Positions 28,974-44,135 are shown, counted from the stretch's first letter. The stretch is DNA of 64,000 nt from Eledone cirrhosa (GCA_964016885.1 OZ024748.1:13640001-13704000); one strand, 5' to 3'. Program-made: numbers and translations. Notes: generated by a model not told the origin, from the sequence alone.

Positions 28974-29041
28974 GAACAGACATATTGAATTGTGTGTTTA
29001 GAACTACAAGAGTTGGTTGACGAATATAAACTACTATATAC

Positions 29042-29122
<81 letters not shown>

Positions 29123-29269
29123 AATATATATATATGCTTATATATATATAGATATTATATGTATATATATATATGTATATGTATATGTATATATATGTAT
29201 ATGTATATATATATGTATATGTAAATATATATGTATATATAAATATATATGTATATATGTATATATATG

Positions 29270-29305
<36 letters not shown>

Positions 29306-29321
29306 TATATGTGTATATATG

Positions 29322-29373
<52 letters not shown>

Positions 29374-29483
29374 TATATATGTATATATATATGCATATAT
29401 ATGTATATATATGTGTATATATATATGTATATAATGTATATATATATATATATATATGTATATATGTGTATATATACATATAT

Positions 29484-29546
<63 letters not shown>

Positions 29547-29577
29547 TACATATATATATGTACATATATATATACAC

Positions 29578-29668
<91 letters not shown>

Positions 29669-29859
29669 AATCAGTATTTGGTCTGCCAACGGTGGTCAGC
29701 TGAAATATGATTGGAAATGTCAATAAATGGTGATACAGTCTTTTACAATTGATTGTAGATCTTTTCTCGTTACAGATCTTTGCCTTCTGACTAGAATGTT
29801 CTGAAAAGAAAGAAGATATCGTTGTCGTGATCTTTGTATAATTGTCACAAGAATACTAG

Positions 29860-30515
29860 ATGTAGTAGATGTTGGTGATGATGTTGATGCTGAGGTTGTT
29901 GTTGCTGTTGTTGTTGTATTTGATATTGTTGTTGTTAATTTTGATGGTGATGGTGGCGTTGATGTTGTTGAAGTTGAAGGTGTTTTTCTTGTTGCTGTTG
30001 TTGCTGTTGTTGTTGTTGATGATGTTGATATTGTTGTTGTATTTGATGTTGTTGTTGTTAATGTTAATGGTGATGGTGACGTTGATGTTGTTGACGTCGA
30101 GGGTGTTTTTCTTGTTGTTGTTGTTGTTGTTGTTGCTGATGATGTTGATATTGTTGTTGTATTTGATGTTGTTGTTGTTGTTGACGATGTTGACATTGTT
30201 GTTGTATTTGATGTTGTTGTTGTTGATGTTGATGGTGATGTAGTTGTTGTTGTTGTTGTTGATGCTGTTGATGGTGGTGGTGGCGTTGATGTTGTTGTTG
30301 TTGTTGATGATGTTGATATTGTTGTTGTATTTGATGTTGTTGTTGTTGATGTTGATGGTGATGTTGTTGTTGTTGATGCTGTTGATGGTGGTGGTGGCGT
30401 TGATGTTGTTGTTGTTGTTGTTGATGATGTTGATATTGTTGTTGTATTTGATGTTGTTGTTGTTGATGTTGATGGTGATGTTGTTGTTGTTGATGCTGTT
30501 GATGGTGGTGGTGGC

Positions 30516-30546
<31 letters not shown>

Positions 30547-30985
30547 ATATTGTTGTTGTATTTGATGTTGTTGTTGTTGATGTTGATGGTGATGTTGTTG
30601 TTGTTGATGGTGTTGATGCTGTTGATTGTGGTGGTGGCGGTGATGTTGTTGTTGTTGTTGTTGATGATGTTGATGATGAATTTGTTGTTGTTGTTGTTAT
30701 CGTTGTTGGTGAAGTTGGTGCTGATGTTGATGGAGATGTTGCTGCTGTTGTTGTTGATGTTGTTGTTGATGTCGTCGTTGGTGTTGATGGTGGTTTTGTG
30801 GTTGATGGTGATGGTGATGTTGATGATGGTGTTGATGTTGATGGTATTTTGCTGTTGTTTTTGATGTCGCTGATGTTGGTGTTGATGGCGGTGTTGATCT
30901 TGTTGATGTTGATGATGATGATTATCATGGTGATTTTGTGGTTGATGGTGATGGCAATGTTGGTGTTGATGGTGAAGATGGTGAT
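29860..30985. repeat. Degenerate (GTT/GAT/GGT)n tract with ~115-bp higher-order units
   Basis: Recurrent gatgctgttgatggtggtggtggcgttgatg and ttgttgtatttgatg blocks. Confidence 0.9.
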
Positions 30986-31287
30986 ACATACAACCATGTT
31001 AGATTTAGTATAGTTAAAGACAGGTAAGTTACAGATATTATTCTGAAGTCGTATATAGAGACACAAAACTGAACAGGTAAACATACGTTTCGGTCCCTTC
31101 TTTCGAAATATAAAAATAGACTGACATAAAAATTTTGTTATTCGTTCCTTAAGGGTTCCCTCATGCATGCAGATTTATTTTGCCCAGTTCATAATATTAT
31201 ATAATTGTGACCGGTTACGAACCTGATGATTGACGAATCACGTGTAACGGATTACACATATATTTGTCTGATATCTCTCTTTCTGGT

Positions 31288-31319
<32 letters not shown>

Positions 31320-31517
31320 ACATATATATATATTTATATATATATGTATATATATATTTTATTTGTATTTCGGCTCCTTATATGTTGAGCTTATACAAAT
31401 GAGTGTAAATAGGCTATTATTTCTAGCATAACCACTCGCACCGCATTTGACTTTCAACGCACGAGGTGTAAACTTTAGGGAGTTTATCGTTATAGGTGTT
31501 GTGTAACATTTAGTCAT

Positions 31518-31609
31518 ATCTCTCGCTGACGAAATGCCTGCGGATTACTTGTTACGAACACGATTCATTCAGGGCGAAACAGGTTAAATCTTTAGTCTGT
31601 CCGGGAGAT
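31518..31609 (+). ncRNA. Type I hammerhead ribozyme
   Basis: atctctcg-CTGACGA-aat-gcctg...cagggc-GAAA-caggttaa-atct-ttagtctg-TC-cgggagat; helix I 8 bp, long helix III, GUC triplet. Confidence 0.8.
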
Positions 31610-31843
31610 GAAATTGTTATTGATATGGTATGTATGAGAAATCTTGTAAGAAATCTTGTAACATCCCATATGATTCAGGTTGAATGATATATAACATTTT
31701 TGGTGTAATCTACCCTCGTAATTTTAGACACGGGATGTACTGTTTTTACTTCTACACATATTAATATTATAATGCTCAGTATTTATACTTTGAACTTGTT
31801 AATTGCAGGGTATCTATATGAGTTAATAACTCTATATTTTATT

Positions 31844-31882
<39 letters not shown>

Positions 31883-32222
31883 TTCTGAAGACAGCATATA
31901 TATGTGAAGGTATGTATATTTCCTCTGATAGTTTGTAATATGTGTACATAGATCTATATGATATACATACCAACACACATATATATCCTAGAAACGATCG
32001 TAAAATGATGACATTTTTAATATAAGGAACTTGTTCTTTGTTTTTATTCATTGTTTTGATTAATTCATCTTGACTCTGTTTTCCTGGGATTTTCATCGAA
32101 CATTTTTGAATGTATCTTCTCTTTTCATGATATTTGGATTACATTGAGTTCTTCATACGGATTGGACACTACCGTATATTTTGGTAGATTTATCTACATA
32201 TATATATATATATATATATATA

Positions 32223-32268
<46 letters not shown>

Positions 32269-32662
32269 GAGAGAAAGTGAAAGGGGAGTGAGGGAGTTTA
32301 AGGGGAAAGTGGAGAGATAGATATATGCAGCTCATATATTCTCAGTGAAAGTTATACTCGTCTCAATGACACTAATCTGTAGAAGCGTTGTCTCCGTTTT
32401 CCTGGCGATAACACTTAAAACGACATAGTTTCACACATAGATATCTTAATCCTTCTTCGGAACGCCATCTTATTTATTGAATCTGATTGGGTTTATATAT
32501 GTAGTGTGGATGAATGAGGAAAATGTTACATTTTAACATACCCACAGGATAGGGATCCATTAAATATCGTTGACGTCATCGATTTCACTACAAGCATAAC
32601 AGCAATATTTACAGAGATACATCAGAGATTGGAATAGACATGTTTCACATGGTATCCATTTA

Positions 32663-32947
<285 letters not shown>

Positions 32948-33030
32948 TTGCTCTACGGTTCTTATATATTTGATATATATTTATCCTTATCGAGCCCTCT
33001 TTTGATTTTAGTCTTCAAATTTTTTATTAT

Positions 33031-33065
<35 letters not shown>

Positions 33066-33128
33066 TATATATATTTATAATTGTATGTGTGGGCTTTTGT
33101 CGTTTGTCTGTATGTTATGTAAATGAAA

Positions 33129-33188
<60 letters not shown>

Positions 33189-33277
33189 AATATATATAAA
33201 TATATATATATATATATTTATAATTGTGTGTGTGCGCTTTTGTCGTTTGTCTGTATGTTTGTAAGTAGTGTGATTGC

Positions 33278-33325
<48 letters not shown>

Positions 33326-33867
33326 ATATATATATATCAATGGAAAAAGGCTTAATATTAATCTTGTGGCTGTCAAAACCAATTATATCAACATTATTAT
33401 GATAAAATCCAGATTCCTATGAATACTTAATGCACCTGTGAGAACAAGAAAACTACCATAGAATCAGCCATATTGGAATAGCAAATACAATCCGAAGCAT
33501 TACGTGTTTTCTCTACACACACTCTGAAGTCATTCGCCTCGTGATCTCAAGGCCGTGGGTTCGATCCCAGGCAGCACGTTGTGTCTTTCAGCAAGGTCAT
33601 TTACTTCCCCTTGGATCACTCAATTTAGTTAGAACCACGCTCCAGCCAAAAGTAAGTTAATACAAATGGCCATATTGATCATATATTGTGTTACACTGAA
33701 TCCTCCCGAGGTTCATGTTTCTGTGGAATACTCAGCCACTATAATGTTGTTTCGTTTATCAAATCGACTGGAACCTTTGTCGTCGGAAGCACCCAACACA
33801 CAACCACACACTCACTCACACACATATACACGTGTGTGTGTGTTAAAGAAACATTGTATACATATAT

Positions 33868-34367
33868 GGTGGCTGCCAACTCGTTTTCGAGTACGGCCAC
33901 TACTTTATATCCATGTAGGAGAACCTCTACCGATGCGCTGAACGAATGTAACTTTTTAGTCCAGCCAGCGACTTGAAAACTCTGGCACAAAGACTACACC
34001 TGTGACCATTATTGACACATAGTGCAGGGCCCATGGTACCATGTGATGACAAGTGCAGAGAGATCTCCAGATATAAAGCAATGCCTGTGCTGTGAAGCTT
34101 TTATAGTGAGCAAAGGCACTGCACAAAGCCAGTCCCACTCTCTTAACCAAGATGATATTTACCAAAAAGAAGAACAAGTCAACATCATTGGATACCATCA
34201 GGGTTGCAGGTGTTATATCAGAGTTTTCCTTCTCCTAGAATTCTGCCTTAACAAAGGCTAAGGGGTCATCTCTCGCAGTGATTTTGGATGGCCATTGACT
34301 CTTAAGAGCTCCTTTGCCCTTTGACAGGTTTTGTTTTTAGTCCTGCAGGATGTCCAAAGTCACCCTC
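33868..34367 (-). mobile_element. RTE-derived non-autonomous element
   Basis: Reverse complement of 38856-39343, highly similar. Confidence 0.85.
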
Positions 34368-34410
34368 ATATATGTCCAAAGTCACCACACACATATATAT
34401 ATATATATAT

Positions 34411-34602
34411 GAAAATCGTCAGGACCCCGACGGCTGAGCTCCGGCCGTTTCGACAGCTAGAATCTCGGATCTAGCTGTCGAAACGGCTGGAGCACAGCCG
34501 TCGGGGTCCTGATGCGTTTCCTATTACCCACTCTACTACCATAAATATCGAGTACTATGGTGTGTTATAGTCCATCTGGTTTCTTTACCACACTTTCCTT
34601 CT
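34411..34602 (+). mobile_element. Palindromic element (arms 34411-34520) with hammerhead 3' half
   Basis: Apex hairpin gacagctaga..tctagctgtc then GAAA-cggctg-gagca-cagccg-TC-ggggtc; second fragment at 38201-38254. Confidence 0.7.
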
Positions 34603-36051
34603 TATATATACGTATATATACACTGTTTCTTTAAATGTTGTTCAAATATTTTTATCGTCCATGTTATACTTTTACGCCACGGTAATAAATTATTTATTTA
34701 ATAGTGGAAATATTTAGGAATCTAAATAATTAGGATTATTAATTTAATCCGATTAGTATTATAATAGTATTACATTTAATTTTAGATTTTCTAAGAGGAA
34801 TATTAGATTTTACGTTTACCAAAAGTTAACACTTGTTTCAAAATGTATTGCAAACCAGTTATTAGTCAGTTAAATTAAATATAGAATGTATACAAAGTAT
34901 GTTTTAAATGAAGGTTTGTTTGGTTGCTTTATGCGCTGTTAATTAAATGTATCCCACCGAGGTCAACTTTCACTTTTCTCCATTCATGATCCATAAAACA
35001 AAGTACCAGTGAAATACTGAGGTCGATTCTTCCTCTATATCTCTTTCTCACTTACTTTCCTCACACTCTATCTAACCATCTCTTGAAGAAATCTGTTGTA
35101 TTCAGACCTGAAGAGGAGAATGGCTCTGCTAGGTTTAAAAATTGCCCTAGAATCGCTGTATGTCAATATGGCGCCCCTACGACTCCTAAGCAGGTTCGTG
35201 TCCATACCATACCGCACATATTAAATATATGGGAATTGTGTTAATTGAAATCTATTCGTTAAGAATAAAAACAATTGATTTTAATTAACTCATTTGGTTG
35301 GAATTTACAAGAGAAATGTGTATATCTCACGTATCTTATAGCCAACCAATTGGGATTCGGCATTGTGTGATATTAATATTGGTGTTGTGCTTTTGGCAGT
35401 GTTGTCGTTGTCGTCGTCGTGGCTCTGGAATTCTTTGCGAGGAGGTGATGTGTTGGTGGACTGTTTGATAGAAATGGTGGTGGTGTTGGTGGTGGTGTAA
35501 TTTGGTATTGCCTGATAGTAATAGTGGTATTGTGTTTGGGCAGTGTTTTTGTTGTCACTGTGGTTGTGTTTCTGGTATTGTTTGTGAGGTGCTGTTGTAT
35601 GTGTTGTCGGTGTGTCGGTGGTAATGTAAGACTTGTTTACATAAATATTCACAGCTATATGAAGAATACTGATGGAATATATACTAAGTATGTAAGGAAT
35701 AGTGATTTCTGTGGGGGAAATTATACCAGCAAGAACTGTGAGGTACTAGCCTATTATAAAAGTAAATAGGTATTCATGAATGGACTTGGCAGTGATCAGT
35801 AAAGTCCTGCTCTCAATATTGTTAGTTGTGAGAAACTGGTATTGGTATGACAGTGTCAATCAAATTATCTATTCAGCCTTCTCCTCCTCTTCCACTCTCT
35901 CTTTCTTAATTTGTCTCAATCTTCCTCTGTCATCCTTTAGCATCCGCCGCTAATATTTTTTTCTCTCTCTCTTTATATATATATATATATATATTATAAA
36001 AATTATAAAAAATAAACAAAGAAGTCTTCAATACATCAAAAGTCTTTATTA

Positions 36052-36092
36052 GCTAACAATGTTTCGTCCCATTAATAAGGACTCATCAGAGC
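36052..36092 (-). ncRNA. Minimal type I hammerhead ribozyme
   Basis: Minus: gct-CTGATGA-gtcc-ttattaatg-ggac-GAAA-c-att-g-TT-agc. Confidence 0.65.
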
Positions 36093-36227
36093 AAGGAAAG
36101 AGACAAGAAGTATTAACGGCTAGAATTATAATTTTTCGACTCTGTTGGATTACATTGAGCTATATCCTATACTGTCATTTCTCTAATACGACGAGTGTGT
36201 TTAACTCCAATGCACTGAAGTATTTTA

Positions 36228-36286
<59 letters not shown>

Positions 36287-36420
36287 GCAGATAATATACT
36301 ATGCGTAGACATACATTATTATATAAGTATACTTACGTATACACAAACATATACACACATACGAACACACACATATATATATATATGTGTGTGTGTATAT
36401 AAATGTATACATGTATACGT

Positions 36421-36530
<110 letters not shown>

Positions 36531-37650
36531 TATATGTCTATATATATATATTCATTGGTTGATGGTAGAGATACTGTTTTCCATTATTTACTTTTTATAT
36601 AGCCTTTAGGAAATTTACTATCTTCAGGCTTGGATTGGGATTTTTATATAAATTCTTTAACATTTCATTGTTGTATTTCTCAGTATCTAAGGTGAATATA
36701 AAGCCATATATTATTTCCAGTTAATATATAATGGGCTCACTTCGGGCTTTGTTATCAATTTCACATCTTTCGTTACAAAAACATATTTTGTACATTCTAC
36801 AATAAAAGATACGGACGTCACACCACACACTATCGCATTGCTTTCATATTATGAAGCTGAGAAACTGTATTTGCTTTCGGAAATCGATGAATAAATAACG
36901 TTTCTATTTAAGAATTAACAAATTAATCTTTGAAACAATTGAGAGATTTATCACATTTTTTTCATACATTGTGAAATGAATACAAGCAGATGTTCTTGTT
37001 TGTTATTTTCTAGAGACTTCATATTTCGGTCACAATTCTCGTTATAGGCACCGACTAAATAAAGTACTACGTGAACTCTTAATTAAGTTTATCTATCAGT
37101 TGTTAGGAAAAGATATCTTTACTTTAGAAAGAGAAAGGAAACACTTTTTTCTTTGAAGTGCCATGAGATTTCAATCAACGTTTTACAAGTATTTTTAGTT
37201 TTGCTTTACAAAACAAAATGAAAGAAAGAATATCTTGTTTTAGTTATCGACAGGTGTAATGGTGATATAAAATGAAATGTCATTCAATCAAATATAATGC
37301 TAATTCACTGGATGTGTGCTTGTGTCTCCATAATATCGGAAGTAAGGTGACGTTGGGGGAACGTCGCATACTAGCGAAGACCATTCATACAGAGAGTAAC
37401 CTTAAGGGAGACAATCCTTTTCCGAATTTGAATACTAAAGCCGTGCGAAAAGAAACAAAATATAAATCAGAATTATAACAGAATTTACTTTGCACAAACC
37501 TGTACAATTATAAGCAATATGTTAAAGGATATAGTTCCGCAAATATAGAGGGTCAGTTTCAATTCCAATGTGTAAATTACACGCACATATGAATATATAT
37601 ATATAATATATATATATATGTATATATGAATGTATGTATAGTATATTTTA

Positions 37651-38006
37651 TATACTATATGTTTAATTTAAAACATTTTGAAGACCATTCGCTATGAAAT
37701 TTAAAGTAGTGTCTATGTCACTTAGTTATTGTCGGCAAAACAAAGTGGAGTAGTCGACAGTCCTGTTTCTCACTCATTAGCGGTTATCAAACTAATTACA
37801 CTTTCACTTCTGTCGAGAGTTATAGGAGATATATTCTTGTAGAATTACAGTAATTTTTAAGAGCTGATTAAACAGAGCGGTTGCTGGTCCAGCATTAATT
37901 AGTTATTAGTATTGGTGCTCTGAAAGAGCGAAGCATATATGAATATATGTATAGTATATCCATAGTGAATGGTCTTAGAAATGTTTTTAATTAAACGTAG
38001 AGTATA
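37651..38006. repeat. Old element with ~49-bp imperfect terminal inverted repeats
   Basis: tatactatatgtttaatttaaaacattttgaagaccattcgctatg versus reverse complement of 37958-38006. Confidence 0.65.
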
Positions 38007-38017
38007 TTATCAATATA

Positions 38018-38175
38018 AATTTTAATATAGAAATGGATTCTACAGGATCAGATTTTATTCAAAAGAAACAGTTCTAGTCATGAAGAAGTTATTTCTGTAT
38101 TAAAGTTTATATTTTACACTCTACTAATGTATTTAGTACTCTTCTTACTGTGGTAACCACTGATTGAAACGTGGT
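38018..38175 (+). mobile_element. Decayed HHR element family A copy
   Basis: tttaatatagaaatggattctacagga...gaaacagttctagtc...cttactgtggtaacc; CUGAUGA lost. Confidence 0.65.
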
Positions 38176-38291
38176 CTATCACACAAACACACACACACAC
38201 AGATCTAGCTGTCGAAACGGCCGGAACTGAGCCGTCGGGTCATGACTCTTTTCCTATATATATATATAAATTTTTACAAACACCCTTTATA

Positions 38292-38350
<59 letters not shown>

Positions 38351-38403
38351 CGGCGATGAATTAGTTTTGTGAGGTTTTTGATATGAAATCGTGTGTCGAA
38401 ACA

Positions 38404-38489
38404 AATATTGTTATACTTGGGTAAAACCAACCAAACAGTGAGTGCGCTCTGTTATTAATTCTGGCAAGGTTATGACCCTCCCCAAGTAT

Positions 38490-38496
<7 letters not shown>
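38404..38496 (+). mobile_element. Short terminal piece related to the 8985-9474 family, with 17-bp inverted arm
   Basis: atattgttatacttggg...atgaccctccccaagtataacaatat + (TA)n; another piece at 50691-50780 (minus). Confidence 0.75.
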
Positions 38497-38560
<64 letters not shown>

Positions 38561-38563
<3 letters not shown>

Positions 38564-38790
38564 GGTGTTTCAAAAAATTTAATATCATTTGAGATTTTAA
38601 TGTCATTTGAGATGTAAATATCCCAGAAACTACAAGGTCTAGGGCAATGAGACTAAGCAGGCTCCATGTTCAGTAACACAAGATTTATTCCTCAAAACAT
38701 GTCCACGTTATAACATTAATTCACAATATATATTTCAATGTGACAACCTTGGGAACAGGCCATTGATATCAACTTTTTTGAAACACTCTG
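38561..38790. mobile_element. Tc1/mariner MITE, 230 bp
   Basis: TIRs cagggtgtttcaaaaaa / ttttttgaaacactctg, flanked by TA. Confidence 0.85.
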
Positions 38791-38822
<32 letters not shown>

Positions 38823-38855
38823 TGTATGTATGTATGTATGTATGTATGTATGTAT

Positions 38856-39343
38856 GGACATCCTGCAGGACTGAAAACAAAACCTGTCAAAGGGCAAAGG
38901 AGCTCTTAAGAATCAATGGCCATCCAAAATCACCGGGAGAGATGACCCCTTAGCCTTTGTCAGGGCAGAATTCTAGGAGGAGGAAAACTCTGATATAACA
39001 CCTGCAACTCTGATGGTATCCAATGATGTTGACTTGTTCTTCTCTTTGGTAAATATAATCTTGGTTAAGTGTGTGGGACTGGCTTTGTGCAGTGCCTTTG
39101 CTCACTATAAAAGCTTCACGGCACAGGCATTGCTTTATATCTGGAGATCTCTCTGCACTTGTCGTCACATGGTACCATGGGCCCAGCACTATGTGTCAAT
39201 AATTTTTACAGGTGTAGTGTTTGTACCAGAGTTTTAAAGTCGCTGGCTAGACTAAAAAGTCACACTCGTTCAGCGCATCGGTAGGGGTTCTCCTACATGG
39301 ATATAAAGTAGTGGCCGTGCTCGAAAACGAGTTGGCAGCCACC
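38856..39343 (+). mobile_element. RTE-derived non-autonomous element between (TATG)n tracts
   Basis: RTE 5'UTR-like ggaaaactctgatataacacc and gtgcagtgcctttgctcac; 3' end gttggcagccacc(ATGT)n. Confidence 0.85.
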
Positions 39344-39358
39344 ATGTATGTATGTGTG

Positions 39359-39407
<49 letters not shown>

Positions 39408-39974
39408 GAAACATTCTAAATTAACATACGCATTTTCAATTACGAGCGATAGTCACGAAGAATTGAAATTCACAGGCGACAAGCGAGACATGAAAATCTA
39501 CAAGAAATATTGTTTTATTATCAACAATCTGTGTGATCATTTTATATCTTTATTCCTATATACGTAAGTGCATGTATAAACACGCACACATATACATATG
39601 TATATAATAAATATAATAATACGCAGAGAGACACGTATATATATATATATACACACACCTATATATGTATGTATATATGTGTGTGTATGTGTGTGTATTT
39701 ATCAGTATATATATATATATATATATACATATATACATATATATATATGTATACATACATGTATATATATACATATATATACATATATACATATATACAT
39801 ATATATGTATATATACATGTATATATAGATAGATATACTTACATGTATATATACACATATATACATATATATATGTACATACATGTATACATATATATAT
39901 GTATATATATATATATACATGTACGTATATATATATATATACTTACATATATATATATATTTATATATACATAC

Positions 39975-40028
<54 letters not shown>

Positions 40029-40123
40029 AATGAGAGGTATAGAGATTGTTTTAGCGAGAAGCTAACAGCATTCTATAACATATATGTGACTATAACGTGA
40101 AGATGGGAAAAGTAGTTAACGTA

Positions 40124-40197
<74 letters not shown>

Positions 40198-40206
40198 GTG
40201 AGGTTT

Positions 40207-40264
<58 letters not shown>

Positions 40265-40270
40265 GTGAGG

Positions 40271-40317
<47 letters not shown>

Positions 40318-40329
40318 TATACATATATA

Positions 40330-40387
<58 letters not shown>

Positions 40388-40388
40388 T

Positions 40389-40426
<38 letters not shown>

Positions 40427-40749
40427 ATATATATAAATATATACATGTATATATATATATATACATGTATATACATGTTCACCAAGATTCTTGGTGGAGC
40501 TGATTGGTATCATTGCTATATGACAGAAACAAAAACATAATTATGTAACACTAAATATTACGAAACCAACTTGAGATTCTGAGAATAGAAAGATTATTAG
40601 TTTTATTATTATTCTAATACTTCTCAAATCTCACTTGCAACGAATCAATTACGTATTCATTGTAGACGTCATACACATATTCACATATGTATTTACATTC
40701 CCCGAGACGACTAGATTCATTATGATATAATAAATATAATTTGAACGCT

Positions 40750-40871
<122 letters not shown>

Positions 40872-40955
40872 TCCGTATATATATTCAAATACACGGATGA
40901 ATATATATATATATGTGTGTGTGGATGCGTACAAATTATATTTATCATATCATTT

Positions 40956-41000
<45 letters not shown>

Positions 41001-41056
41001 TTATGAAATGATATGACAAATATAATTTGTACGCATGCACACACACACATATATAT

Positions 41057-41091
<35 letters not shown>

Positions 41092-41202
41092 GAATATTTG
41101 TTTATATATATATATATACATATATATATTTATACAAGAATATATATATATATAGTTATATCAATCTCTCTCTCTCCCTCTCTTTCTATCTCTCTCTCTC
41201 TT

Positions 41203-41314
<112 letters not shown>

Positions 41315-41614
41315 AATATAAATATATGTGTATATGTACATATATATATTTGTATGTCACTATATTATGCGTCTATATTTGTTTGTCTGTATGTAGACAT
41401 ACATATGTGTTATGGAGATGAAACAGATGGCGCTCTCTATGGACACTATCTTTAATTACTTCATCGTCTCTCTCTCTCTCTCTCCAACTAAATATTTCTC
41501 TTTCTTATGTCCCCTTTCACCCCATTAATACACTCAGACACAGAGACACACAGAAACACACACATACTGAGACACACTCAGTGACACACACACAGAGACT
41601 CACAGACACATATA

Positions 41615-41657
<43 letters not shown>

Positions 41658-41666
41658 CCATATATC

Positions 41667-41768
<102 letters not shown>

Positions 41769-41813
41769 CACATATACATATATACATACTAATATATACA
41801 TATATATATATAC

Positions 41814-41869
<56 letters not shown>

Positions 41870-41870
41870 T

Positions 41871-41928
<58 letters not shown>

Positions 41929-41948
41929 CATATACACACACACACACA

Positions 41949-41994
<46 letters not shown>

Positions 41995-42425
41995 TCATAT
42001 ATATACATATATGTACATATACATATACATATTAATACATATATGTACACATATATATCCATACATATATATATGTTTGGTTATAGATCGATAGAGATGA
42101 TTAATTATATTAACTTTATACTTTATAATGCTGTCTCTTACATAGTTTATCGATTTAATATTAGATTCAACAATTACACAAACTCAGCATAAATCAGGAA
42201 CCAGTCGTGACTAGATAAGAAAAGTAATATCTCGGTAGGTATCTATTTATGATATTTCTTGCGGCAAAATGCTTCTTAAGAAATCCTTCATCTACTGGTC
42301 TGTGTACTGGATCTGTAATTTGCACCGGATATGTAAAGGTATGAGCAATGAATGAAAGTTAAACGTGACCCTAGTAGATATTTAAATCAGAACTTAAATA
42401 ACTGGAAGAAATGCTGACAGCAATA

Positions 42426-43257
42426 TTCTCCGTCGCTCTACCGATGTGTCAGTGTATCCTAAGAATACATTTTTTTTCTAACGTAGACACGAGACTGGTA
42501 ACTTTAGAGAAAGAGATTTTCTCCGTCGCTCTACCGATTATGTCAGTCTATCCTAAGAATACATTTTTTTTTCTAACGTAGACACGAGACTGGTAACTTT
42601 AGAGAAAGAGATTTTCTCCGTCGCTCTACCGATTATGTCAGTCTATCCAAAGAATAATGTTTTTTTCTAACGTAGACACGAGACTGGTAACTTTAGAGAA
42701 AGAGATTTTCTCCGTCGCTCTACCGATTATGTCAGTCTATCAAAAGACTAATTTTTTTCTAACGTAGACACGAGACTGGTAACTTTAGAGAAAGAGATTT
42801 TCTCCGTCGCTCTACCGATTATGTCAGTCTATCCTAAGAATAATGTTTTTTTCTGACGTAGACACGAGACTGGTAACTTTAGAGAAAGACATTTACTCCG
42901 TCGCTCTACCGATTATGTCAGTCTATCCTAAGAATAATGTTTTTTTCTGACGTAGACACGAGACTGGTAACTTTAGAGAAAGAGATTTTCTCCGCCGCTC
43001 TACCGATTATGTCAGTCTATCAAAAGACTAATTTTTTTCTAACGTAGACACGAGACTGGTAACTTTAGGGAAAGACATTTTCTCCGTCGCTCTACCGATT
43101 ATGTCAGTCTATCCTAAGAATAATGTTTTTTTCTAACGTAGACACGAGACTGGTAACTTTAGAGAAAGACATTTTCTCCGTCGCTCTACCGATTATGTCA
43201 GTCTATCCGAAGACTATTCTTTTTTCTAACGTAGACACGAGACTGGTAACTTTAGAG
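42426..43257. repeat. Tandem satellite, 9 copies of 92-95 bp
   Basis: ctccg(t/c)cgctctaccgat starts at 42428, 42521, 42616, 42710, 42802, 42896, 42990, 43082 and 43176. Confidence 0.97.
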
Positions 43258-43435
43258 CAAGTGATAGTCGATTAAATCGGCCCCAATACTTTAACGGTAG
43301 TTTATTTTATCATTTCCAGAAGGATGATAAATGAAGTTTACTTCGGTGGTATTTGACTTCAGAACGCAGAACTTTGTCACTGAATGCTGCAAATTATTTT
43401 CTCTGTCGCCTTACAGATACTTCCAAACCACTGCC
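43222..43435 (-). mobile_element. Old SINE family 1-like copy (partner copy ~42290-42452)
   Basis: Decayed ttattttatc..gaaggatga..aaagtttacttcggtggtatttgacttcagaac. Confidence 0.65.
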
Positions 43436-44081
43436 CTCCATTGCAATAACAATGAGGGTAACAATGATGATGATGTAAGAGTAGAACTCAAGAGAAAACC
43501 ATTTACCGTATTAATGTATTTTCACCTGCTTTCATTCGTCTACCTACTAGCAATTGATCAGATGTTTTATGTTACACAACTCTTTTCGGGGGTCTTATAT
43601 TCTTACTACTGAAGCATTGTCAATTCTCTCTCCTTCAAGTCATACATTATCCGGAATATGGGACAATTTCCTTTGGATTTGTTTCAGAAGGAGTGGGTAG
43701 GTTGTATGTCATCCCCTTTTAAGGGGTTTATGAAGAGCCTGCTTTTATTTCAATTGGATACTATATCTAAATTTCTCAATAATATCACCTCATTCTGATG
43801 CAGATTTCTTTGAACCAACATTATATAGAATTCCTGTAGATGCATTCTGGTGTTGGGCATCTTTTGTTCCTAGATATGCAATTACGCCTAATGCTATTAA
43901 GGCAGTGATATTTCCTACACAACTATAGCTAACTCTTTCCCTGTTTTTATTGAAAAGCTAGCTTGAAATTACTGTGTTTTGTGACCAAATGTTTTCTAAT
44001 AAAACTAAGAAATGTGAGGCACTGTGGAACGTTACGTTCAAACAAAAAGAACACATCACGAAATGAGTATTTTATATATAT

Positions 44082-44135
<54 letters not shown>

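Noticed and set aside
29720-31168. 482-aa mucin-like Thr/Ser/Pro ORF
   Set aside because: Trinucleotide tract open in several frames and both strands; no signal peptide or domain. Not excluded as an exon, but unsupported.
40191-40276. Duplicated ttagaaagtgaggtttttt across a TA tract; small hairpin at 40864-40905
   Set aside because: Simple slippage or assembly artefact; too short to interpret.
42426-43257. CRISPR-like array
   Set aside because: Whole units repeat with no unique spacers; no cas genes; eukaryotic SINE-derived context.
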